Part shown: positions 44,331 through 53,711 of the stretch, in pieces
Numbering within the stretch: the stretch's first letter is position 1
How the letters are laid out: the number at the start of each line of letters is the position of its first letter
NCBI GenBank assembly: GCA_965232815.1
Contig: OZ247427.1
Coordinates: 403,684-467,683 of the forward strand
DNA: 64,000 bases
DNA from: Dehalococcoidia bacterium
GTDB taxonomy: Bacteria; Chloroflexota; Dehalococcoidia; Lucifugimonadales; UBA3495
Direction of reading: 5' to 3'
Made by a program: the position numbers and the translations under genes
The notes under the pieces: generated by a model
What the model was told of the DNA's origin: nothing
The model's input: only the letters and a program-made list of their open reading frames with translations
Databases searched by the model: none

Positions 44331-45296
44331 ATGACCGGCTACATTGGACGACGATTGATAGAGGGGATCATCACCCTGATTGCGCTTAGTTTTGTCGTAT
44401 TCGGCAGCGTCCACTTGGCCGGCGACCCGGCACGCTTCCTGCTGCCTATCTCCGCGGAACACGACGAAACCGTTTACGAGGAGCAGAAAGCTCGGCTGGG
44501 CTTGGACAAGCCATTTATCGTCCAATACTGGAATTTCCTGCGGCGCGCCGTCATCCTCGACTTTGGAAACTCGTTCACCGAACGGCGTCCGGTTCAGGAA
44601 ATCCTCAAAGAGAGGATTCCCGCCACGGTCCACCTGGCGGTGGCAGGCATGATTCTGGCGGTGGGAATCGGGGTTCCGCTTGGCATCATATCGGCGGTGA
44701 AGCGCGACACCCTGCTTGACCGGGTATGCAAGGCATTCGCCATCTTTGGTATGGCTGTCCCTCAGTTCTGGATTGCCATCATGCTCATCATCCTGTTCGC
44801 CGGCTACTGGGGATGGCTGCCGGCCTATGGACGGGGAGACACTCAGGGTTGGATACCTGAGTGGTCGCAGATTCCCAATATGTTCCGGCACCTGATGTTG
44901 CCGGCGTCGGTTCTGGCATTGGCCATTATCGCGGCCATCATGCGGCTGGCCCGGTCCGCCATGCTGGAAGTATTGGATACCGACTATGTGAAATTTGCCC
45001 AGGTGAAGGGCATGGGCGACCGGGTCGTCATCTGGAAGCACGCCGCTCGCAATGCATTGATCCCGGTGATTACGTTCGGCGGCATCAGCCTAGCCGGGCT
45101 GCTCAACGGGTCGGTGGTGGTGGAGGTTGTGTTCGCCTGGCCCGGAGTGGGTTTGATGTTGCTGGACGGGGTACTGTCAAACAACTATCCCCAGGTGCTG
45201 GGCGCGATCATGGTATCTGGCGCCGCTTACATACTGACTGCGTTGGTTGTTGACATCCTCTATGGATACGCCGACCCACGGGTCCGTTTGAACTAA
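44331..45296 (+). CDS. ABC transporter permease (DppB/OppB-type)
   Basis: 'GDPARFLLP' at the N-terminus, an EAA-like loop 'ARSAMLEVLDTDYVKFAQVKG', and a C-terminal 'DILYGYADPRV'. Confidence 0.92.
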   Translation: MTGYIGRRLIEGIITLIALSFVVFGSVHLAGDPARFLLPISAEHDETVYEEQKARLGLDKPFIVQYWNFLRRAVILDFGNSFTERRPVQEILKERIPATVHLAVAGMILAVGIGVPLGIISAVKRDTLLDRVCKAFAIFGMAVPQFWIAIMLIILFAGYWGWLPAYGRGDTQGWIPEWSQIPNMFRHLMLPASVLALAIIAAIMRLARSAMLEVLDTDYVKFAQVKGMGDRVVIWKHAARNALIPVITFGGISLAGLLNGSVVVEVVFAWPGVGLMLLDGVLSNNYPQVLGAIMVSGAAYILTALVVDILYGYADPRVRLN

Positions 45297-45315
45297 TCCA
45301 CCCAGGAGCACGATT

Positions 45316-46200
45316 TTGGCTGCCGAAACCCCCGCATTGATCCTTGATACCCGCGCCCCGGCTAGCTGGCGGCAGCGTATCCGGGACGCTCGACTGCCGT
45401 GGATTCCCATCACTATTTTGCTGGTGATCGTTTTCTGCGCCATCTTTGCCAACCTTATTTCACCGTACGACCCCCGCGAAAATGACGTACGGAACAAAAC
45501 CCAGCCACCGTTTGCCAGCGCTGGTCACGTGCTTGGAACCGACAAGCTGGGCAAGGATGTGCTCAGCCGCCTGATCCACGGCTCCCGCACCATGTTGCAG
45601 GTTACCGCTCCGTCAATCATCGTGGCGATCCTGGCCGGTACGATGGTGGGCCTGGTGTCGGGTTACTCCGGGCGATGGGTCGATTCCGCCTTGATGCGGA
45701 TCACTGATGCCGTTCTCGGCTTCCCTTCAATATTGGTAGCCCTGCTGATCGTTACCTATTTGGGCACAGGTGTGTGGAACGTGATGATTGCCATTGCCGC
45801 CACCCAATGGGCCCGGTTCGCCAGAATGATTCGTGGCGAAGTGTTGTCGGTTCGCGACCGTGACTTTGTCGTCCTCGCCCAAATTTACGGGGTATCCCCC
45901 GGCATGATTGTCTGGCGCCATCTCTTCCCCAACGTCATCAACACCCTGATGGTCCTGACCAGCGTCAGCATAGGCCAGGTCATCCTGTTGGAAGCTTCCT
46001 TGAGCTTCCTGGGGCTGGGCCTGAAGGTGGGGGATCCTGCGTGGGGAATCATGATCGCGGAAGGGCGCAAGCTCCTCACCCAGGCATGGTGGATTGCGCT
46101 GTTCCCGGGGCTGATCATCACCATCGTGGTGATGGCGTTCAACTTCTTCGGTGATTGGCTCCGAGACTATTTGGACCCCCGTTTGAGACGCGCCGGATAG
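45316..46200 (+). CDS. ABC transporter permease (DppC/OppC-type)
   Basis: 'LGTDKLGKDVLSRLIHG', 'WARFARMIRGEVLSVRDRDFV' and 'GDWLRDYLDPR'. Confidence 0.92.
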   Translation: MAAETPALILDTRAPASWRQRIRDARLPWIPITILLVIVFCAIFANLISPYDPRENDVRNKTQPPFASAGHVLGTDKLGKDVLSRLIHGSRTMLQVTAPSIIVAILAGTMVGLVSGYSGRWVDSALMRITDAVLGFPSILVALLIVTYLGTGVWNVMIAIAATQWARFARMIRGEVLSVRDRDFVVLAQIYGVSPGMIVWRHLFPNVINTLMVLTSVSIGQVILLEASLSFLGLGLKVGDPAWGIMIAEGRKLLTQAWWIALFPGLIITIVVMAFNFFGDWLRDYLDPRLRRAG

Positions 46201-46225
46201 TCAGTCAAACCGGTAAGTAAATCGC

Positions 46226-46263
46226 CGTCAGGGTGACGCAATGCGTCACCCTGACGCTTTTTT
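46226..46263 (+). terminator. Rho-independent terminator
   Basis: 'cgtcagggtgacgcaatgcgtcaccctgacg' followed by 'cttttttg'. Confidence 0.78.
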
Positions 46264-46404
46264 GTGTGTGGCGCTGTTGGGTGTTGTATGTCCCGCCGAC
46301 GATTGTTGACGCCTTATCAGGTATGTGCTACCGTCCCGCCCACGCAGTATCAGTTTTGTAAATAAACATTCCTAAATCAGTCGCTGACTCGGAGGGAACC
46401 CCTA

Positions 46405-48114
46405 ATGTTGCATAGCAAATTGGGCGTGACGTTACTACTGGTCTCGATGGCCGCGCTCTTGGTGTCGTTCGCTGTGGCCTGCGGAGGGCCTGCCGAAGAA
46501 CCTGCTCCGGCCGCCGCCCAACCCACCGCCGCTCCCGCAGCAACCGCGGTTCCAGCCGCCGCTGCGCAAGCTACAGAGGCTCCAGACGCAGCCATGACTG
46601 AAGATACGGGCGGCAAGGTGACCCTCATGAACGCGGTGTGGGCCACCGAGCTTTTCACCCCACGGGACGGCGTCGGCGAAACCGCCGCCTATGGTCGCCA
46701 GATGCACGCCTTCTGGATCAACGGCAATAAAAACCTGGAAATGGTACCGGGGGTGCTGACTGATTGGACCGTTTCTGACGATGGCCTGTCGTGGGACCTG
46801 ACGTTGCGGGACGGGATCACTTTCCACAACGGGGATCCGTTGACCATCGACGACGCAATGTTCACGATGGAGTTCACCTTTGGCCCTGAGGCAGTTACGG
46901 AATCAATCAGCCCCAGCGTCCAGGCGGAAGCAGCCGAGACGGCAAGCATAGAAGCCACCGGGCCGAACACCCTGCGCGTCACGCACACCACCCCCAAGGC
47001 GTTCTTCCCATTCTTCATTTCTGATTTGAGCTTTGGAATTGCCGGCATCCTCCTGCCCAAAACCTACTTCGAGAGTCTTGGGCAAAGCGGGTACAACGAC
47101 GCACCCATCGGAGCCGGTCCGTTCCGTCTCGAAAATCACGTAATCAGCGAGCAGATCCTTCTTGAACGCTACGAAGACTATTTCGATCCGGAACGCGGGC
47201 CGTCATTCCAAACCCTCGATATGCGCCTGGTGCCCGAAGTGGCAACTCGCGTAGCTGCTCTGCGGGCCGGCGACGTAGACGTGATCGAAGCGAACCTGTC
47301 TGTCAAGGACCAGGTCGAAGGCGGTGGGGGACGCATGATCTGGGCACAGGAGTCCTCGTACATATGGATACTGTTGCCTGGTTGCTGGGAAGAACAGTTC
47401 CCATGCCACAAGAAAGGAGTCCGTCAGGCACTGGACTATGCAATCGACAAAGACCTGATCATCAACTCGCTCTACGGACCTGAAGCCGCTGTTTCGCGCG
47501 GTTGGAACTGGGCCACGCCCAACGCCCTGGGTTACAGCGAGGCGTTGGACCCGTTCCCGTATGATCCGGAGAAAGCCCAACAGCTGATGGCTGATGCGGG
47601 ATATCCGGATGGAGACGGGTTCGGCACGCTGGAAGTACACACATGGAAGGCGGGCGACGTGCCTTTCCTCCCCGAACAAGCGCAACTGATCGCAGACATG
47701 TGGGAAAAGAACCTTGGCATTGACGTTGACGTAATCGTCGGAGAAGCGGCCACAGTCCGCGAAAGGTGGTTCGACCGGCAGTTGGACGGTAAGATCATCA
47801 TACGCGCCAATGAAACACGGTGGGACGGCGGCAGCATCACCAACGCCGTGTACGGGAACCCGGAGGGTGGAGCCCACCTCGGCGGACGCCGTGATGACCT
47901 GATCGCTGTGGCCAAAGAAGCGCTGTCAGTAGTGGACCCTGCTCTGCGTCAGGAAGCCTTCAACAAGGCGTACCAGATCCTGCGGGAAGAGCACTACGAG
48001 TTTGGCACGGGTTACGTCAATCTGCCGTGGGGCGTCGGCCCCCGCATCGCCGAGTGGGAACCGTGGCCTGTGGTGGCCTATCAAACCGCCATCTGGACGA
48101 TGAAGCTGAACTAA
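46405..48114 (+). CDS. ABC transporter substrate-binding lipoprotein, family 5 (second paralog)
   Basis: 'LLVSFAVACGG' lipobox. The C-terminus 'YQTAIWTMKLN' parallels 'VTAIWTVKLK' of the first SBP. RBS 'ggaggg'. Confidence 0.9.
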   Translation: MLHSKLGVTLLLVSMAALLVSFAVACGGPAEEPAPAAAQPTAAPAATAVPAAAAQATEAPDAAMTEDTGGKVTLMNAVWATELFTPRDGVGETAAYGRQMHAFWINGNKNLEMVPGVLTDWTVSDDGLSWDLTLRDGITFHNGDPLTIDDAMFTMEFTFGPEAVTESISPSVQAEAAETASIEATGPNTLRVTHTTPKAFFPFFISDLSFGIAGILLPKTYFESLGQSGYNDAPIGAGPFRLENHVISEQILLERYEDYFDPERGPSFQTLDMRLVPEVATRVAALRAGDVDVIEANLSVKDQVEGGGGRMIWAQESSYIWILLPGCWEEQFPCHKKGVRQALDYAIDKDLIINSLYGPEAAVSRGWNWATPNALGYSEALDPFPYDPEKAQQLMADAGYPDGDGFGTLEVHTWKAGDVPFLPEQAQLIADMWEKNLGIDVDVIVGEAATVRERWFDRQLDGKIIIRANETRWDGGSITNAVYGNPEGGAHLGGRRDDLIAVAKEALSVVDPALRQEAFNKAYQILREEHYEFGTGYVNLPWGVGPRIAEWEPWPVVAYQTAIWTMKLN

Positions 48115-48132
48115 CCTCTGCGAAAAAAATCC

Positions 48133-49050
48133 ATGTGGCAATTCATTGGAATGCGAATCGTCCAGGGCATCTTCACGCTGCTCGTAATCAGCCTGTTGGT
48201 GTTCCTGGCGACTCGTTTGACCGGCGATCCCGCGCTGGTATTGCTTCCGCCGGAAGCGTCGAGCAAAGCGGACTATGAGCGGGTGCGTAAACAGCTCGGC
48301 TTGGACAAATCTTTGCCGGAGCAATACATCATCTTCCTGAGCGGAGCCGTAAGGGGAGATTTCGGACTGTCAATTCGCGACCGACGCCCAACGCGCGACC
48401 TGCTGCTGGAAAGGCTGCCGGCCACGTTGCAATTGGCGCTGGCCGGCATGGTTCTGGCGATAGTTATCGGAGTTCCGTTGGGCATACTGTCCGCGGTGAA
48501 ACGCGACTCATTTTTGGACAAGGGCGCCAAGTTATTTGCCGTCCTGGGGATGGCTGCGCCTCAATTCTGGGTGGCGATAATGCTCATCCTTTTGTTTGGC
48601 GCGATTCTCAAAGTCTTGCCCACCTACGGGCGCGAGGGACCCGAGAACTTCATCCTGCCCTCGTTCGTCCTGGCATGGTCAATCATGGCCGGCATTACGC
48701 GACTTGGCCGATCAAGCATGCTTGAAGTGCTCGACAGCGACTATGTGCGCTTCGCCCGCATCAAAGGCTTGAAAGACGGGATGGTAGTTTGGAAGCATGC
48801 ATTGCGCAATGCCCTGATTCCGATATTGACGTTCAGTGGGATCAGCCTCGCCGGGCTGCTCAACGGGGCCATCGTGGTCGAGCAGGTATTCGCGTGGCCT
48901 GGTCTGGGCCGCTTGATGCTTGACGGCGTGTTGCAGCGTAATTTCCCGGTGGTGCAGGCAGCGGTGATGGCGTCGGCGTTCTTCTATATTCTGACGGCCC
49001 TGATCGTCGACATCCTGTACGTGTACGCCGATCCGAGGATACGGCACTAG
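48133..49050 (+). CDS. ABC transporter permease (DppB/OppB-type, second copy)
   Basis: Collinear similarity to 44331..45296, for example 'GVPLGILSAVKRDSFLDK' and 'DILYVYADPRI'. Confidence 0.92.
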   Translation: MWQFIGMRIVQGIFTLLVISLLVFLATRLTGDPALVLLPPEASSKADYERVRKQLGLDKSLPEQYIIFLSGAVRGDFGLSIRDRRPTRDLLLERLPATLQLALAGMVLAIVIGVPLGILSAVKRDSFLDKGAKLFAVLGMAAPQFWVAIMLILLFGAILKVLPTYGREGPENFILPSFVLAWSIMAGITRLGRSSMLEVLDSDYVRFARIKGLKDGMVVWKHALRNALIPILTFSGISLAGLLNGAIVVEQVFAWPGLGRLMLDGVLQRNFPVVQAAVMASAFFYILTALIVDILYVYADPRIRH

Positions 49051-49071
49051 CGGTTCGCAGGAGCGCGCGTA

Positions 49072-49953
49072 ATGGCAACCCCCGATTTGGTGCTGACCAC
49101 CGCTCAACCTCGGCAAAGCTGGCGGCAACGACTGGCTGAGAAAAAGCTGCCCTGGATCCCCATCGTGGTCCTCTTGGTGCTGTTGGTGTGTGCGGCGTTC
49201 GCCCCCTGGCTCGCGCCGCATGAACCCACCAGCCTGAACGTCATAAACAGCAAACTGGCTCCATTTGAATCCAGTGAACATCCACTGGGCACCGATGTAC
49301 TGGGCAGGGATATGATGAGCCGCCTTATCTACGGGGCGCGCACGACTGTGCAAATCAGCGTCACTGCGCTGGCGCTGGGAGCAATAATCGGCACCGTAGT
49401 GGGTTTGGTGTCAGGATATTGGGGGGGCTGGGCAGATGCCGTGCTGATGCGCATCACCGATGCTGCACTGGGGTTCCCAACCATTTTGCTGGCTCTGGTG
49501 GTGGTGGTCATCATGGATCCCGGCCCGTTGGCTATTATCCTGGCGGTGTTGCTGACGGTGTGGGCGCGTTTCGCCAGGATGATTCGTGGCGACGTGCTGA
49601 CGGTCAAAGGGTACGATTTCGTGACATTGGCCAGGATCACGGGAGTGAAATCGCCAATCATCCTTTGGCGCCACATATTTCCCAACGTGGCGAACACGTT
49701 GATGGTCATCACGAGTCTGATGGTGGGGCAGATAATCCTGTTGGAAGCCGCGCTCAGCTTTTTGGGGCTGGGCTTATCTCCGGGCGCCCCTGCTTGGGGT
49801 ATAATGGTGGCCGAAGGGCAAGAGGTCATTCTGGATGTCTGGTGGCTATCCCTGTTCCCCGGAGTCGCAATCACGGTCGTCGTGCTGGCGTTCAACTTCT
49901 TTGGGGACTGGCTCCGCGATTTCCTGGATCCCAAGTTGCGAAGGGCCGGCTAA
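49072..49953 (+). CDS. ABC transporter permease (DppC/OppC-type, second copy)
   Basis: Collinear similarity to 45316..46200, for example 'LGTDVLGRDMMSRLIYG' and 'GDWLRDFLDPK'. Confidence 0.92.
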   Translation: MATPDLVLTTAQPRQSWRQRLAEKKLPWIPIVVLLVLLVCAAFAPWLAPHEPTSLNVINSKLAPFESSEHPLGTDVLGRDMMSRLIYGARTTVQISVTALALGAIIGTVVGLVSGYWGGWADAVLMRITDAALGFPTILLALVVVVIMDPGPLAIILAVLLTVWARFARMIRGDVLTVKGYDFVTLARITGVKSPIILWRHIFPNVANTLMVITSLMVGQIILLEAALSFLGLGLSPGAPAWGIMVAEGQEVILDVWWLSLFPGVAITVVVLAFNFFGDWLRDFLDPKLRRAG

Positions 49954-50033
49954 CCGCCATCTCTCGCATCGCCGGGCCGGGCTGTGGGGATAGCACGTCG
50001 GCACCCGAGATGACGCCGCCCATCAGGGGCTAA

Positions 50034-50999
50034 ATGACTAACGATTTGATTCTGCAGGTTGAAGACCTGCAAACCCACTTTTTTACCCGTACCGGCGTCG
50101 TCAAGGCAGTGGACGGGATCAGTTTTGAATTGCGGCGTGGCGAAACGCTGGGAATCGTCGGCGAATCGGGTTCCGGCAAAAGCATGACCGCCTGGTCCAT
50201 TTTGGGCATGGTGCCGCACCCGGGCCGCATAGTCGGCGGATCGATCAACTACCTGGGCGAGAACCTGCTGGAAAAAAGCCGGGGCGAGATGCGGGATATT
50301 CGCGGGTCTGGCATCTGCATGGTGATGCAGGATCCCCTGACCTCCCTCAACCCTGTCTTCACAGTAGGCGACCAACTGGTCGAAACGCTGCGACTCGAGT
50401 ACGACGAACCGAAGCGATCCCTGCGCCAACGGGCGGTGGACCTGCTGGCCAACGTGAGGATACCCGCCGCCGAAGAAAGGCTGACGAACTTCCCGCACCA
50501 GATGAGCGGCGGTATGAGACAGCGCGTAGTGGGCGCTATCTCGATCTCCCGAGCGCCAAACCTGCTCATAGCCGACGAACCCACCACATCCCTGGATGCG
50601 ACGATTCAGCTTCAATACCTGAGACTTCTGAAAGACATCCAGGAACAGACCGGAGCAGCCATTATATTCATCACGCACGATTTCGGGATCGTGGCCCGGA
50701 TGTGCGACCGGGTAGCGGTGATGTACGCCGGCCGAATCGTGGAACAATCGGACGTCGAGGACATGTTCGACTATCCGGCCCACCCGTACACCGAGGCATT
50801 GCTGCAGTCGGTTCCTGACCTCGACACCGACGTGGACATGCTCCCCTCCATTGAAGGACAACCTCCTTCGTTGGACGCCCTCCCGGAGGGATGTTCGTTC
50901 GCTCCTCGCTGTCCTTACGCCTGGGACAAATGCCGAGATTATCCTGATGAATTCACGGTGGCGGACCGCCACACTTCCCGTTGCTGGAGGTCGGAGTAA
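50034..50999 (+). CDS. ABC transporter ATP-binding protein (DppD/OppD-type)
   Basis: Walker A 'GESGSGKS', signature 'MSGGMRQR', Walker B 'LLIADEPTTSLD' and a C-terminal oligopeptide-type Cys motif. Confidence 0.93.
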   Translation: MTNDLILQVEDLQTHFFTRTGVVKAVDGISFELRRGETLGIVGESGSGKSMTAWSILGMVPHPGRIVGGSINYLGENLLEKSRGEMRDIRGSGICMVMQDPLTSLNPVFTVGDQLVETLRLEYDEPKRSLRQRAVDLLANVRIPAAEERLTNFPHQMSGGMRQRVVGAISISRAPNLLIADEPTTSLDATIQLQYLRLLKDIQEQTGAAIIFITHDFGIVARMCDRVAVMYAGRIVEQSDVEDMFDYPAHPYTEALLQSVPDLDTDVDMLPSIEGQPPSLDALPEGCSFAPRCPYAWDKCRDYPDEFTVADRHTSRCWRSE

Positions 51000-51000
51000 C

Positions 51001-52014
51001 ATGGCCGCAGTTGCTACGCCCAACTCAATTGAGGCTTCGACGGGAGATCAAGCCCTGGTCAGGCTGGAAGGTATCCGGCGGCACTTTCCGGTGTACCGCG
51101 GAAACCTGCTGCGCAAGCACACGGGAACTGTCAAAGCGGTAGATGGCATCTCGATCAACATCATGCCGGGCCAAACCTACAGTCTGGTGGGCGAATCGGG
51201 GTGCGGTAAAACGACCACCAGCCGCATGCTTTTGATGGCCGACAAACCCACTGACGGCGACATTTATTTCGACAGCCGTCCGATGAATCAGTTCAGTGGA
51301 GCGGAGCGGCGCAATTTCCGCGCCTCCGTGCAGGCGGTGTTTCAGGATCCTTGGAGTTCTCTGAATCCCAGGATGCGCGTGGATCAGATCATCTCGGAAC
51401 CGTTGGTCACCCATCAGCGGTTGAGTCGGGACGCCGTACGGGGCCAGGTGCAAGAATTGCTGCAGGTCGTCGGCCTGCACCCATTCCATGCCGAACGGTA
51501 TCCGCATGAATTCAGCGGCGGACAGCGGCAACGCATCGCCATAGCGCGGGCATTGTCAACGAGGCCCAAACTGATTGTGCTGGACGAGCCCGTCTCAGCT
51601 TTGGATGTATCGATTCGGGCCCAGATATTGAACCTGCTGAAAGAATTGCAGGCGACATACGAGCTAAGCTACCTGCTCATCGCACATAACCTGGCGACCG
51701 TCAGGTACATGAGCCACATGGTGGGAGTTATGTACCTGGGCAAGATCGTAGAGGAGTCGCCGCCGATAGAGTTGTTTACGGACCCGCAGCACCCGTATAC
51801 GAAAGCGCTGATTTCAGCATCCCTGCCAGCACATCCCCGGCAACAACGGGAAGAAATCGTCCTAACCGGCGAGGTCCCATCACCGTTGGACCCACCAGGA
51901 GGTTGCGCATTCCATCCACGCTGCCCATTCGTGATGGAGCGTTGTGCTACGGACATCCCCGTATTGCGCGAATACCGGACCGGACACGCTACGGCTTGCC
52001 ATCTTTACGACTGA
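51001..52014 (+). CDS. ABC transporter ATP-binding protein (DppF/OppF-type)
   Basis: Walker A 'GESGCGKTT', signature 'FSGGQRQR' and Walker B 'LIVLDEPVSALD'. The ATG is 1 nt after the upstream stop, and the track ORF is over-extended to 50851. Confidence 0.93.
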   Translation: MAAVATPNSIEASTGDQALVRLEGIRRHFPVYRGNLLRKHTGTVKAVDGISINIMPGQTYSLVGESGCGKTTTSRMLLMADKPTDGDIYFDSRPMNQFSGAERRNFRASVQAVFQDPWSSLNPRMRVDQIISEPLVTHQRLSRDAVRGQVQELLQVVGLHPFHAERYPHEFSGGQRQRIAIARALSTRPKLIVLDEPVSALDVSIRAQILNLLKELQATYELSYLLIAHNLATVRYMSHMVGVMYLGKIVEESPPIELFTDPQHPYTKALISASLPAHPRQQREEIVLTGEVPSPLDPPGGCAFHPRCPFVMERCATDIPVLREYRTGHATACHLYD

Positions 52015-52040
52015 CCAGGGTCAGGATATGCAAAACGGGC

Positions 52041-52077
52041 ATCCCCCTTCACGTTAGAAGGGGGATTTTGGTTTCTT
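52041..52077 (+). terminator. Rho-independent terminator ending the ABC operon
   Basis: 'atcccccttc-acgtta-gaagggggat' followed by 'tttggtttctt'. Confidence 0.72.
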
Positions 52078-52323
52078 GTTCTTTTCGATTCCTCTCGGCC
52101 GGCGGCCGCTCTGCCAAGACTGATGTAAACGGGCTACGGATGGGCCTGGAGCCGATACCGGAACCCGCTCTCGCGGACTACGCAAACCCAATCCCGGGAT
52201 GAGCGGAATCATCGCATCACTGTCAGATTCTCGTAGTGAATTGGGACGGTGGCGCGTGCCGGGCAAATCGGTTATTCTGTGCGGCATCGTTGGATAAACA
52301 AAAATGCCGGGAGGGTATGCGAG

Positions 52324-52914
52324 ATGACCACCACCACTCCAGTCGCTGACGACCTTTGTACCATTGAGCCGGAAGCGAGTCGGTTCAACGAGCAGTTCGG
52401 CGAGATGAGCGCGCGCGCGAAAAATAAAGTGAAGGGCGAGATGTCCGAGTTCGTGCAGAAGTTCATCGAAGCGTCACCTTTCGTGGTGATGGCGTCGTCC
52501 GATCCTGACGGGAACTGCGATGCATCGCCCAAGGGCGGGAAGCCTGGGTTCGTCAAGGTGATCGACGGCACCAGGCTGCTCCTGCCGGACGTGGCCGGCA
52601 ATCGCCTCTTCCAGTCCTACCAGAATATGGACTCTAACCCGCATGTGGGCCTGCTTTTCATGATCCCCGGTGTGAATGATACGGTGCGGGTGAATGGGAC
52701 CGTTTCAATCGTGGACAAGGAGGAGCTGGAACGCCAGAAGGTGGAGCTTTCGCTGTACTGGACCGACGACAATGCCAAGCACCTTCAGGGCATCATCATC
52801 AACGTCGAAGAGTCCTACGGACACTGCCCCCGTGCGTACAACTTCGCCAAGCTGTGGGACACTGACCAGATCACCGAGAATCAGGAGAACCGGCCGATTC
52901 CGCTACGCCCGTAG
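52324..52914 (+). CDS. PPOX-class (pyridoxamine-5'-phosphate-oxidase-like) FMN-binding protein
   Basis: 'PFVVMASSDPDGNCDASPKGG' and 'LPDVAGNRLFQSYQNMDSNPHVGLLFMIPG...RVNG' fit a split-barrel pattern. RBS 'gggaggg'. Confidence 0.8.
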   Translation: MTTTTPVADDLCTIEPEASRFNEQFGEMSARAKNKVKGEMSEFVQKFIEASPFVVMASSDPDGNCDASPKGGKPGFVKVIDGTRLLLPDVAGNRLFQSYQNMDSNPHVGLLFMIPGVNDTVRVNGTVSIVDKEELERQKVELSLYWTDDNAKHLQGIIINVEESYGHCPRAYNFAKLWDTDQITENQENRPIPLRP

Positions 52915-52918
52915 GTTT

Positions 52919-52997
52919 CCCGTGGGCTGGCGCTGCTGCAGCGCCAGCCCACGGGATTGCACTGGTACCAACGCCCTCTCCCTTGAAGGGAGAGGGC
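52919..52997. other. Two hairpins between convergent genes: a 15-bp stem plus a family-D copy
   Basis: 'cccgtgggctggcgc...gcgccagcccacggg' at 52919..52955. 'gccctctccc-ttgaa-gggagagggc' at 52973..52997. Confidence 0.6.
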
Positions 52998-53012
52998 AAA
53001 TTATTGGGACGA

Positions 53013-53711
53013 TCAGCCGACGCCGGTGGCGAGGCGGAAGACGAAGAGGGCCGGCGGCAGGAGTATTTGCCCGAGGAAACTGAAGTCGAACGCGTAGCTG
53101 AGGAACAGGTTGACGCCGACGAGAGCGATCAGGGGTATCCAGCCGTAGCGTTCGAAGCGGAGGTATGGCTCGTAGAGGGCGCGGGGCAACAGGCCGCCGA
53201 GCACCTTGCTGCCATCAAGGGGCGGCAACGGGATCAGGTTGAAGATGCCCAGGATGATGTTGAAGAAGATGGCGAGGAAGGCGGCGAACCCCAGGATTTC
53301 CTCGACTCCGGAGATTCCCCGGGTGTCAAGAACAACGGGCACGAGGTCGAACCTGAAGACGAGCCCGAGGGCGAAAGCCAGGATGAAGTTGGAGAGGGGG
53401 CCAGCGAAGGCGACCAAGGACATACCAAGCCGACCGCCGCGCAGGTTGTATGGATCCACCTGCACGGGTTTGGCCCAGCCGAAGCCAACAACCAGCAGCA
53501 GGAGGAATCCGAGCAGGTCGATGTGTTTCAGCGGATTGAAGGTAAGGCGGCCCATGCGCCGGGCGGTATCGTCGCCCTGCATGTGGGCGGTGAAAGCGTG
53601 GCTGAACTCGTGGACCGTGAATCCGACTATGAGGCCGGCCAACCCGATTCCGATGACGAGAAGGAACGAGACGGGATTGTCCCGGAGCAGGTCGAGGCTC
53701 TGGAGGATCAC
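53013..53711 (-). CDS. Site-2 protease family (peptidase M50) membrane metalloprotease
   Basis: 'HEFSHAFTA' (HExxH in a TM segment) and 'NLIPLPPLDGSKVL' (the second conserved M50 motif). The GTG start overlaps the upstream stop (GTGA). The N-terminal third of the track ORF is not M50-like. Confidence 0.8.
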   Translation of the reverse strand: MILQSLDLLRDNPVSFLLVIGIGLAGLIVGFTVHEFSHAFTAHMQGDDTARRMGRLTFNPLKHIDLLGFLLLLVVGFGWAKPVQVDPYNLRGGRLGMSLVAFAGPLSNFILAFALGLVFRFDLVPVVLDTRGISGVEEILGFAAFLAIFFNIILGIFNLIPLPPLDGSKVLGGLLPRALYEPYLRFERYGWIPLIALVGVNLFLSYAFDFSFLGQILLPPALFVFRLATGVG

